Assembly (NCBI GenBank): GCA_963847705.1
Contig: CAWKBC010000044.1
Coordinates: 56,294-120,293 of the forward strand
Direction: 5' to 3'
From: an uncultured Pseudomonadota bacterium
GTDB lineage: Bacteria; Myxococcota_A; Polyangia; Fen-1088
Length of the DNA stretch: 64,000 nt
Below, one piece after another: positions 17,799-26,090 of the stretch. The position numbers and the translations under genes are program-made. The notes below the pieces were generated by a model. That model made no database searches. It was not told the DNA's origin and saw nothing but the letters and a program-made list of their open reading frames with translations. Position 1 is the first letter of the stretch, and each line of letters opens with the position of its first letter.

Positions 17799-18950
17799 TC
17801 AGAAGTACCCGCTGGCGGCGATCGCGTCGACGGTCACCGTGGCCATGATGGCGGCGCCCGCGGGCGTGGGATGGACGCCGTCCGAGCTGTCGACCGTGTT
17901 CGTCGGATCGAAGCTGCTGTCGTAGTGGTCGATGATGGTGATGGGCGACGACGCGGTGGAGTTCGATGACGCCCAGGCCGGCGTGAGCGCCGCCGCCAGC
18001 GCGGCGACGTTCGGGAGGCAGCTGCCGCACCCGCTCGGGTCGAGCTTGATGATCTTCGAGACGAAGAAGATGACCTCGGGGTTCTGCTTGCGGAACTCGG
18101 CGATCACCGCCAGGTAGGCCGAAAGGATGGTGGGGGTGGCGATCCCATCCCAGACGTCGTTGGTGCCAAAGTGCATGAGGACGATGTCGGGCTTTTCGGC
18201 CGCCCAGGTTTGCAGCTCGGCGTAGCTTCCGCAGCCGCTGCTCTTGGTGCAGGCGCTGCGGGTGTTGTTCTGCGGCAGGTACGTCACGCCATAGCCGGCG
18301 TGCCCTTCGTCTTTCACGCTGGCGGGAGCACCGCTTCCGCAGGACTGGTTCGTCGTCACCGTTCCGACGAACTGAAAGTTCGTGTGATTCCCCGCCATCA
18401 AGCTCTCGTAGGTGATCTGCGGGTAGCAGGTGGTCCCGGTGACGGAATCGCCAAGCGGCATCACCTTCCAGACACCCGAGTGCATCGAGCCGGCCGTCCC
18501 ACCCGAGCCGCCGGTTCCGGGCATCCCCGCCTTCCCGCCAGCCCCGCCCGTCGCCGTCCCGGCGGTCCCGCCGGTCGCAGTGCCGCCGGTCCCGCCGCCC
18601 ATGCCCTTGCTTCCAGCCGCGCCCTTGGCACCGGCGGCGCCTCCAGCCCCGCCTGTGGCGGAAATCCCTCCGGTCCCGGTCGCTCCGCCCGTCGACGGCG
18701 CGCCGCCGGTCCCGGTTGCTCCGCCGGTTGAAACCACGCCGCTGCTCCCGGTCAGGCCGCCGGTCGCGGTCACGCCTCCGGTCCCGACGGCGCCGCCGGT
18801 GCTCGTGGCCCCCCCGGTGCTCGTCGCGCCGCCCGTCCCCAATGACCCGCCGCCTCCCGAACCACCGTCCGACGACCCGCCGCCACAGCCTGCCATCAGC
18901 GCAGCCAGGCCGATGGTGAGAACGCAACGGCGATCGAGACGAGATGTCAT
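17799..18950 (-). CDS. SGNH/GDSL esterase lipoprotein with Gly/Thr linker (carbohydrate-esterase-like)
   Basis: Lipobox MAGC; GTGG linker; MPLGDSVT, EGHAG, HFGTND, DGVHP. Confidence 0.85.
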   Translation of the reverse strand: MTSRLDRRCVLTIGLAALMAGCGGGSSDGGSGGGGSLGTGGATSTGGATSTGGAVGTGGVTATGGLTGSSGVVSTGGATGTGGAPSTGGATGTGGISATGGAGGAAGAKGAAGSKGMGGGTGGTATGGTAGTATGGAGGKAGMPGTGGSGGTAGSMHSGVWKVMPLGDSVTGTTCYPQITYESLMAGNHTNFQFVGTVTTNQSCGSGAPASVKDEGHAGYGVTYLPQNNTRSACTKSSGCGSYAELQTWAAEKPDIVLMHFGTNDVWDGIATPTILSAYLAVIAEFRKQNPEVIFFVSKIIKLDPSGCGSCLPNVAALAAALTPAWASSNSTASSPITIIDHYDSSFDPTNTVDSSDGVHPTPAGAAIMATVTVDAIAASGYF

Positions 18951-19081
18951 GGTGGGGGCCTCCGTGAGACGAGAGTGTCGGGCGCGTCGAACCGAAGCTC
19001 CAAAGGGCGGCGCCACCCACAAACCTTCAAACGAAAGGTGACGCGCCGAGGCGCTCCCCGGGATAGCCTCACGCCCGTCGC

Positions 19082-20968
19082 ATGTGCGGAATCTGTGTCG
19101 TGGTCAGCGATGTCGGCGCCGTCGAGCCCGAGCTGCTCCACGGGATGTGCGAGCGCATGATCCACCGTGGTCCCGACGCGGAGGGGCTCCACGTCGATGG
19201 GCGGGTCGGCCTGGGGATGCGGCGGCTCAGCGTCGTCGACCTGCCGGGGGGTCAGCAGCCGATCTTCAACGAGGATCGGTCGATGGCGATCGTCTTCAAC
19301 GGCGAGATCTACAACCACCGCGAGCTGCGCGCCGAGCTGGAGGCGCGCGGGCACACCTTCGCCACCAACTCGGACACCGAGGCGATCCTGCACGCCTACG
19401 AAGAGTACGGCGCGGCGGCGGTCACCCGCCTGCGCGGGATGTTCGCCTTCGCCATTCACGAGCGGAGGAGCGGGCGCGTCTTCCTGGCGCGCGACCGACT
19501 GGGGATCAAGCCCCTGCACTGGGCCGAAGCGGGCGGGCGATTCTACGCGGCCAGCGAGCTGAAGAGCCTGCGCGATCTCCCCGGCCTGTCGCTGACGCTC
19601 GACGAGGTGGCGGTCGATCAATACTTCTCGCTGCTTTACGTCCCGGCGCCGCGGACCATCTTCCGCGAGCTCAAGAAGCTGCCGCCCGGCCACCTCCTGG
19701 TGAAGGACCCGGGCCAGCCAGCGGTGGTCCACCGCTACTGGCAGCTTCACTCGCGCCCCGATCCCGGGCGGTCGGAGGCCGACTGGGTCACGGACGTGCG
19801 GCACGGTTTCGACGGCGCCGTCGCCAGTCACCTCGGCGCCGACGTGCCGCTGGGGGTCTTTCTCTCGGGCGGCCTCGATTCGAGCGCGCTCGTCGCCTCC
19901 ATGTCCAGGGCGGCCGCGGGGCGCATCAAGACCTTCTCCCTCGGTTTTCCCTCCGAGTACGCCGCGTTCGACGAGCGTCCGTTCGCACGGCAGGTCGCCA
20001 CCCGGTTCGGGACCGACCACCGGGAGATGGAGGTCGCGCCCGACATCGGCGAGGCGATCCAGGCGCTCGCCCGGATCTTCGACGAGCCGATGGGTGACTC
20101 GGGGGCCGTCCCCAACCTGCTCGTCTGCCGGATGGCGCGGCAGCACCTGACCGTCGCGCTCTCGGGCCTGGGGGGTGACGAGCTGGCCGGCGGCTACCAG
20201 CGCTACCTCGGCGTCACCGTCGCCGAGTGGTACCGGAAGATCCCCGCCTTCTTGCGCAACGACGTGGTGCGACGGCTGGTCGACCTCATCCCCGAGTCGC
20301 GCGCGGGCGGGCGGGGGATCGACCGGGCCAAGCGGTTCGTCCGGTCGAGCGAGCTCCCTTACGTCGAACGGTTCTTCGCCTTCTCGAGCCCGCTCGACCG
20401 GACGCGGCGCCAGGCGCTCTACCAGCCGGGGCTGCGGGCGCGGGTGGCGCTCGATTCGGCGCTCGGGCGCATGCAGGCGCTCGGCGCCGAGCAACCCCAC
20501 GCCGATCTGCTCAACAAGCTCCTCTGCATCGATCAGCAGACCTACCTGGTCGACGATCTGCTGACCGTCGCCGACCGCACCAGCATGGCGGTCTCGCTGG
20601 AGGTCCGGGTCCCCTTCCTCGACCACCCCTTCGTCGAGCTGATGGCGGCCGTCCCCGGCAGGCTCAAGATCCGGAGAGGTGAAAAGAAGTACCTTCTCAG
20701 GCGCGCGCTCGAGGCCGATCTGCCGGCGGAGATCCTCCGCCGCAAGAAGGCGGGGTTCAGCCTGCCGCTGGCGCGCTGGATGCGCGAGGATCTGCGCGGG
20801 ATGGTCGACGAGCTCCTCGCCCCCGAGAAGCTTCGGCAGCAGGGGTGGTTCGAACCGTCGGTGGTGGAGACGCTCAAGGCGGAACACCGCGCTCGCCGCC
20901 GCGACAACAGCACCGTGCTCTGGGCACTGATGATGTTTCAGCTCTGGGCGCGGGAGTGGTCCCGGTGA
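19082..20968 (+). CDS. asnB: Asparagine synthase (glutamine-hydrolysing) family amidotransferase
   Basis: MCGI N-terminus, HRGPD, FNGEIYNH, ARDRLGIKPL, LSGGLDSS, LSGLGGDE, EVRVPFLDH. Probably the polysaccharide-associated type given the neighbouring GT2. Confidence 0.93.
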   Translation: MCGICVVVSDVGAVEPELLHGMCERMIHRGPDAEGLHVDGRVGLGMRRLSVVDLPGGQQPIFNEDRSMAIVFNGEIYNHRELRAELEARGHTFATNSDTEAILHAYEEYGAAAVTRLRGMFAFAIHERRSGRVFLARDRLGIKPLHWAEAGGRFYAASELKSLRDLPGLSLTLDEVAVDQYFSLLYVPAPRTIFRELKKLPPGHLLVKDPGQPAVVHRYWQLHSRPDPGRSEADWVTDVRHGFDGAVASHLGADVPLGVFLSGGLDSSALVASMSRAAAGRIKTFSLGFPSEYAAFDERPFARQVATRFGTDHREMEVAPDIGEAIQALARIFDEPMGDSGAVPNLLVCRMARQHLTVALSGLGGDELAGGYQRYLGVTVAEWYRKIPAFLRNDVVRRLVDLIPESRAGGRGIDRAKRFVRSSELPYVERFFAFSSPLDRTRRQALYQPGLRARVALDSALGRMQALGAEQPHADLLNKLLCIDQQTYLVDDLLTVADRTSMAVSLEVRVPFLDHPFVELMAAVPGRLKIRRGEKKYLLRRALEADLPAEILRRKKAGFSLPLARWMREDLRGMVDELLAPEKLRQQGWFEPSVVETLKAEHRARRRDNSTVLWALMMFQLWAREWSR

Positions 20969-22143
20969 CGGTGATCGCCGCGGTCGTCTTTTGGCTGTCG
21001 CTCGCCGCGGTGGCCTGGACCTACGCCGGGTATCCGCTGTTGCTGCTGGCGCTCGCCCGCCTGCGCCCGCGGGCGCGCCGCGCGCGGCCCCAGAGCCAGG
21101 GCGCGCCGCCCGAGCCGGTGGTGACCGTCATCATCTCGGCCTACAACGAAGAGAAGGCGATCCGCGAAAAGCTGGAGACCACGCTGGCACTCGACTACCC
21201 CGCCGACAAGCTGGAGGTGATCGTCGCGTCCGACAGCTCGACCGACGGGACGCACGACATCGTCCGCGAGCTGGCACCGCGCGGCGTGCGTCTGCTCGTC
21301 CTGCCCGAGCGCGCCGGCAAGACCGCGGCGCAGAACCTGGCCGCCGCCTCGGCGAAGGGCGAGGTGCTGATCTTCACCGACGCCACCACCGCGCTCAGGC
21401 GCGACAGCGTGCGGCAGCTGGTCGCCTGTTTCGCCGACCCTCGCGTCGGCTGCGCCGGCGCCGAGCTGGAGTACGTCTCCCAGAGCGGAAGCGCCGTCGG
21501 CCAGGGGGGCGGCCTTTACTGGCGCTACGAGAAGCGGGTCAAGGAGCTGGAGGCCGAAGTGAGCACGCTCATCGGCGTCTCGGGCTGCCTCTACGCCGTG
21601 CGGGCCAGCACCTATCGGCCGATCGAGCCCGATCTGATCAGCGACTTCGTCATCGCCGGCGACGTCTTCCAGCGCGGCTTCATCACCGTCTACGGCGGCG
21701 GCGCCGTCTCGTCCGAACGGACGCACGAGGAGACCGGCCAGGAGTTCGAGATGCGCGTGCGGGTGATCGTCCGCACCATCAACGCGCTGGTCCGGCGCGC
21801 CCGGATGCTGAACCCGTTTCGCTACGGGTTCTTCTCGTTCCAGCTCTTCAGCCACAAGGTGCTCCGCTACCTGGTCCCCGAGCTGCTCCTGGCCATCTTC
21901 GCCAGCGGGCTCTGGCTCGCCCTCCGCGGGGGTGCCCCCGCGCCGGTCTACCAGGTGATCACCGTCGCGCAACTGGCGCTCTACCTGGCCGCGGCCCTCG
22001 GATGGGCGCGCCAGACGCTGGGGCTGCGACTGCCCCTCGTGCACGTCCCGTTCTACTTCGTGGTGGTCAACCTGGCCGCGCTCTGGGCGCTGGTGCTCTA
22101 CCTGCGCGGCGAGCGCAGAGTGATCTGGACGACGATCCGTTGA
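20965..22143 (+). CDS. Family 2 glycosyltransferase, membrane-bound
   Basis: N-terminal TM with YAGYP, SAYNEE, SDSSTDGT, GKTAAQN, FTDA, YWRYE, SDF; C-terminal TMs; overlaps the asnB stop (GTGA). Confidence 0.9.
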   Translation: MTVIAAVVFWLSLAAVAWTYAGYPLLLLALARLRPRARRARPQSQGAPPEPVVTVIISAYNEEKAIREKLETTLALDYPADKLEVIVASDSSTDGTHDIVRELAPRGVRLLVLPERAGKTAAQNLAAASAKGEVLIFTDATTALRRDSVRQLVACFADPRVGCAGAELEYVSQSGSAVGQGGGLYWRYEKRVKELEAEVSTLIGVSGCLYAVRASTYRPIEPDLISDFVIAGDVFQRGFITVYGGGAVSSERTHEETGQEFEMRVRVIVRTINALVRRARMLNPFRYGFFSFQLFSHKVLRYLVPELLLAIFASGLWLALRGGAPAPVYQVITVAQLALYLAAALGWARQTLGLRLPLVHVPFYFVVVNLAALWALVLYLRGERRVIWTTIR

Positions 22144-22170
22144 GAGCGGCGTTGCTCACGATTCGCTGAT

Positions 22171-22267
22171 TTGCCAACTTGATCGTTGGCAACGGCCACA
22201 ACTGAGTTGGCGATCTTTGCGCGAATACGGCGTCCGCACGGGTCCGCGCCCTGGCCCGTCCGTTGCT
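22171..22267 (+). promoter_or_regulatory. Sigma-54 promoter with upstream palindromic activator site
   Basis: TGGCCCGTCCGTTGCT (GG 22253-54, GC 22265-66; GG-N10-GC). Perfect inverted repeat TTGCCAAC-N6-GTTGGCAA at 22171-22192. Confidence 0.65.
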
Positions 22268-22306
22268 ATTTCGCCTCCCCGAGATCCGTCACGAGGAGGC
22301 CATCCC

Positions 22307-23872
22307 ATGAACCGTCTGGTCGTTTCGTCGTCGAGGTGTTGGCGCGCTGTTCGGTGGGTCGGCCTGGCTGGCGCCGGAGCTTCGCTCTGGGCCTGCACCT
22401 CTCGCACCCTGGAGGCGCCCACCGTCGCCTCCAGCGTGACGGAGAACTGGACCGTCACCCAGAAGATCAACAACAATCTCGATCTCCTCTTCATGGTCGA
22501 CAACTCCTCCTCCATGACGGCGATGCAGCAGAAGTTGCTGACGCAGCTGCCGAACTTCCTGAGCTTTCTGCAGAAGCTCCCGGTCACACCCAACCTCCAC
22601 ATCGCCGTCGTCTCCTCCGACATGGGGGCCAAGAGCGACGTCGACATCATGTGCTCGCCGCTCGGCAACCAAGGAGAGTTCTTCTCTCAGCCCGAGGGGA
22701 CCTGCACGGCCACCACCCTCACGGCCGGCGACACCTTCATCTCCGACGTCGACGGCGTCGCCAACTTCACCGATCCCATCGCCTCGGTGTTTCAGTGCAT
22801 CTCGCTCCTGGGCGCCAGCGGCTGCGGCTTCGAGCACCAGCTGGCCTCCATCGACCGCGCGCTCGGCGCCGACGGTCTCGGACCGCCCCCCTCCCAGAAC
22901 GCCGGGTTTCTACGGTCCGACGCCTACCTGGGCATCGTGATGCTCACCAACGAGGACGATTGCTCGGCGCCCGCCGACACCACGATCTACTCGCTCAACG
23001 GAGCTCCGCAGAGCATCACCAACCCCGACGGTCCCATCGGCAACTATCGCTGCAACGGCGGCCCCCGTGGCGGTCACCTGTGCGAGGACCTCAACGCCGG
23101 AAGCGCGAACATGGGCTACGCGACCCCGCCTCTGACCCCGCCGCAGGACGCGACCGGCAACCCGCCGATCCTTCCGCTGGCCAACTGCAAGGACAACGAG
23201 AGCGGCTCCAGCGCTCTCATCCCGGTCAGCCAGTTCGTCAGCGACATCAAGGCGCTGAAGGCCGACCCCGACAACCAGATCCTGGTGGGCGAGATCATCG
23301 GACCGGCGGCACCCTATTCCGTCACCTGGTCCCCCATGGTGACGCCGACGGGGGCCTCGGAGAACTGGCCGGAGGTCATGCACTCCTGCGGCGCGGCCGG
23401 CGGCGACGACGTCAACCCGGATCCCTCGACCCAGACGGTGGGCGACGGAAGCTTCGGGGATCCGGGCGTCCGGGAGACCGAGTTCGCCAACGCCTTCCCC
23501 AACAGCATCGTGGGATCGATCTGCGACGGGGACTACTCCCAGTCCATGACCGCGATCGCCGCCAAGATCGGCCAGTTCTTCACCCCCCCCTGCATCGACA
23601 GCAAGCTGCAGAACGACGCCATGGGAAATCCAGACTGTTCGGTGATCGAGAACCTCACCGACGCCAGCGGCAATCAGAGCCACGTGGCGATCGAGAACTG
23701 CAACGAGAACGGCAACACGCCCCCCTGCTGGACGCTGGTGCCCGGAATGATGGGCTGCACGGGCCAGTCGCTGCAGGTGAACGACAGCGCCGCCAACATG
23801 ATGGCGGCCAGCGAGAACAGCACGATCAGCTGCTCGCTCTGCATGCCGGGCGTCGCCGCCCCCGGCTGCTGA
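22307..23872 (+). CDS. Myxobacterial Cys-rich vWA-like putative lipoprotein, paralog 1
   Basis: GAGGAGG RBS; lipobox-like LWAC; MIDAS-like DLLFMVDNSSSM; GASGCGFEHQL; TNEDDCS. Confidence 0.8.
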   Translation: MNRLVVSSSRCWRAVRWVGLAGAGASLWACTSRTLEAPTVASSVTENWTVTQKINNNLDLLFMVDNSSSMTAMQQKLLTQLPNFLSFLQKLPVTPNLHIAVVSSDMGAKSDVDIMCSPLGNQGEFFSQPEGTCTATTLTAGDTFISDVDGVANFTDPIASVFQCISLLGASGCGFEHQLASIDRALGADGLGPPPSQNAGFLRSDAYLGIVMLTNEDDCSAPADTTIYSLNGAPQSITNPDGPIGNYRCNGGPRGGHLCEDLNAGSANMGYATPPLTPPQDATGNPPILPLANCKDNESGSSALIPVSQFVSDIKALKADPDNQILVGEIIGPAAPYSVTWSPMVTPTGASENWPEVMHSCGAAGGDDVNPDPSTQTVGDGSFGDPGVRETEFANAFPNSIVGSICDGDYSQSMTAIAAKIGQFFTPPCIDSKLQNDAMGNPDCSVIENLTDASGNQSHVAIENCNENGNTPPCWTLVPGMMGCTGQSLQVNDSAANMMAASENSTISCSLCMPGVAAPGC

Positions 23873-23875
23873 GCC

Positions 23876-24355
23876 CTACCCGTGATGGCCGCCGGGCTCG
23901 TGGAGGTGTCCGTGGGTCAGCTCCTCGGGCGTCGCGTCGCGGACGGCCACCACCTCGACGTCGAAGTGGAGCTTCATCCCTGCCAGCGGATGGTTGAGAT
24001 CGACGGTGGCGTAGTCGCCGCGGAGGGCGGTGACCGTGGCGATCTGGGCTCCCTCCGACGTCCTGAGCTGAACCTGCATCCCGACCGTCACCTTCTTGTC
24101 GGAGAGCTTTCGCAGCGGGACGTTGCGGACGTTCTTGTCGTCGCGCAGGCCGTACCCCTCCTCGGGGGTCAGCGTCACCTGCACCGACTCGCCGGCCGCC
24201 TTCCCGGCGAGCGCCTTCTCCAGCCCGGGGACGATGCTCCCGACGCCGTGAAGGTAGCCGAGCGGCTCACGGCCCTTCGAGCTGTCGAGGACGGTGCCCT
24301 CGTCGTCCTTGAGCGTGTAGTGGATGGTGACGGCTTTCTGGTCGGCGATCTGCAT
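23876..24355 (-). CDS. slyD: FKBP-type peptidyl-prolyl isomerase SlyD
   Basis: MQIADQKAVTIHYTL..PLGYLHG..GLEKAL..PEEGYG..VDLNHPLAG..ATPEELTHGH with His tail. Confidence 0.93.
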   Translation of the reverse strand: MQIADQKAVTIHYTLKDDEGTVLDSSKGREPLGYLHGVGSIVPGLEKALAGKAAGESVQVTLTPEEGYGLRDDKNVRNVPLRKLSDKKVTVGMQVQLRTSEGAQIATVTALRGDYATVDLNHPLAGMKLHFDVEVVAVRDATPEELTHGHLHEPGGHHG

Positions 24356-24575
24356 GATGTTCGGCCGAAGAGCGAACCACCACCCGCCACCGGATGCAAC
24401 CACTCCGTGCGACCGCTCACCGAGGGCGAGAGCGCCGGGTTTCAAGCTCTGCCTCTGGAGCTGTCTTTGCTGCCAGCTCTGCCCTGGTTGACTGAAAGGA
24501 AATTTCGCCGACTCGTCGAAGAAACTTCCAGTCCCTTCGGTGGCGATCGCGCGCCGGGGCCGGATTCGGCGCCCT

Positions 24576-24597
24576 GCGCGAGGGTACATCTGTTGCA
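24576..24597 (+). promoter_or_regulatory. Sigma-54-type promoter upstream of the JetD-like gene
   Basis: GCGCGAGGGTACATCTGTTGCA (GG 24583-84, GC 24595-96). Confidence 0.55.
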
Positions 24598-24678
24598 ATC
24601 GAATCGAGCCGGTGCCGGATCGCGACCGTCGCGCGCCCCCACGTCATGACGGTTCAAAACGAAGGCGTCCGTGGGTTC

Positions 24679-25875
24679 GTGAGTTGGACCACGCCCGCCG
24701 AGATCGTGTCGGTGGTCCACCGTCGGTGGACCCGTGGAGATCTGCTCGCGGCTCGCCTCACGGGAGAGGCGCTGTTTCCCATGGTGTTGCCGCTTCGGCG
24801 GCCGCATTCGTCCCTGGTCGGAGATCGATTCGCGGAGCTGCAGCGCTGGATTCGCACCCTCGAGGGGGAGAGTCGGGAATGCCGCGGGTCCGGATACGGC
24901 ATCTGCTGGGTGGAGGTCGAGAGCCGGAGGGCGGGCCGCGTCAGGATCCCCAGCGCGGTGGTCATCCCGTCCGCGGAGGACGCCTTCCAGCTGATCGGCA
25001 AGCAGACGCAGGCCGCTCGTTTCGAGACGCTGGCGCGTCGGACGCTCAAGCTGTTCCCGCAGCTTCGGGGCTGGCTGAGCAAGAACTCCTTGCGGGCCCT
25101 CAGATCGGCACAGCAGTGGGACCACCTCATCACGCTGGTGGCCTGGTTCGAAGCGCACCCTCGGCCGCAGGTCTATCTGCGGCAGATCGACCTTCCCGGC
25201 GTCGACGTGGCCTTCATCGATGAGCATCGAGCCCTCCTCGCCGACCTGCTGAACGAGGTTCTGCCCGACCAGGCCATCGATCGCGGCGCGACCAACGTCC
25301 GGGAGTTTGAACGACGCTTTGGGCTCCTCTCCGCCCCGCCCCCCATCCGCCTCAGAATTCTCGACTCCCGGCACGCGATCAACGGGCTGACGGACATCAC
25401 CGCCTCAGCCGCGCAGCTCGCGAACCTCCCCCTGCCGACCGCCAGGATCTTCGTGACGGAGAGCGAGATCAACGGGCTGGCCTTCCCCGAGACGGCAGAG
25501 AGCGTGGTCCTGTTCGGCTTTCGGTACGACGACGACCGCCTGGCTGAAGTGCCCTGGCTGCGCGACCGGCCGCTTCATTACTGGGGCGACATCGGAGTGC
25601 GCGGCTTCGCCGGCCTCGACCGGATGCGGGCGTCGTTCCCCCAGACCGTCTCCTTCCTGATGGACCGGGGCACCTTCCTCGCTCATCAACGCTCCTGGGT
25701 GACGGTCCCCGACGACGAACGAGCGGCGAGAGACCTCAGCCGACTGTCGCCAGACGAGCTCGCGCTCTTTCACGATCTCGTCGACGGCCGCTTCGGAGCC
25801 GGCGTCCGCCTCGATCAGGAGGACGTCTCTTATCGCTGGCTCCGTCGGACGCTGGAACGGCTTCAGCTTCCTTGA
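24679..25875 (+). CDS. jetD: Wadjet JetD-like protein (DUF3322 + DUF2220 TOPRIM), orphan, with degenerate catalytic motif
   Basis: MSWTTPAE..RWTRGDLL, HPRPQVYLRQIDLPGVD, FERRFGL, IRLRILD, FVTESEINGLAFP, HYWGDIGVRGF, FLMDRGT, RLDQE. Upstream ATG at 24646 is also possible. Confidence 0.85.
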   Translation: MSWTTPAEIVSVVHRRWTRGDLLAARLTGEALFPMVLPLRRPHSSLVGDRFAELQRWIRTLEGESRECRGSGYGICWVEVESRRAGRVRIPSAVVIPSAEDAFQLIGKQTQAARFETLARRTLKLFPQLRGWLSKNSLRALRSAQQWDHLITLVAWFEAHPRPQVYLRQIDLPGVDVAFIDEHRALLADLLNEVLPDQAIDRGATNVREFERRFGLLSAPPPIRLRILDSRHAINGLTDITASAAQLANLPLPTARIFVTESEINGLAFPETAESVVLFGFRYDDDRLAEVPWLRDRPLHYWGDIGVRGFAGLDRMRASFPQTVSFLMDRGTFLAHQRSWVTVPDDERAARDLSRLSPDELALFHDLVDGRFGAGVRLDQEDVSYRWLRRTLERLQLP

Positions 25876-26055
25876 TTGCGAAACGAAGCGTCGCCGTTGC
25901 AAACGACAATGCGCGTCCGTGATTTGCGTTAACGGCGCGCGCTCACTCGTCCAGTGGCAGCGCGAATGAACCACAAGAACCTTTTCCTCGAGGACGAAAG
26001 AAGCTTTCACCCGCGGCGGAGATCTCCCTGGGTTCGAGGCGAGAAATCGCCTCCG

Positions 26056-26077
26056 GCGCGAGGGTACGTTGGTTGCA
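26056..26077 (+). promoter_or_regulatory. Sigma-54-type promoter of vWA-like paralog 2
   Basis: GCGCGAGGGTACGTTGGTTGCA (GG 26063-64, GC 26075-76); predicted start site lies just before ATG 26091. Confidence 0.6.
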
Positions 26078-26090
26078 CCGCCGAAACGAC

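Noticed and set aside
18430-19041. Pro/Val-rich PPVP repeat ORFs (also 56443-57222 and the first part of 32414-35713)
   Set aside because: They are reverse-complement readings of the GTGG linkers, not real proline-rich proteins.
24679-25875. Functional Wadjet defence system
   Set aside because: No jetABC in the window, and the JetD catalytic DxD motif is degenerate.
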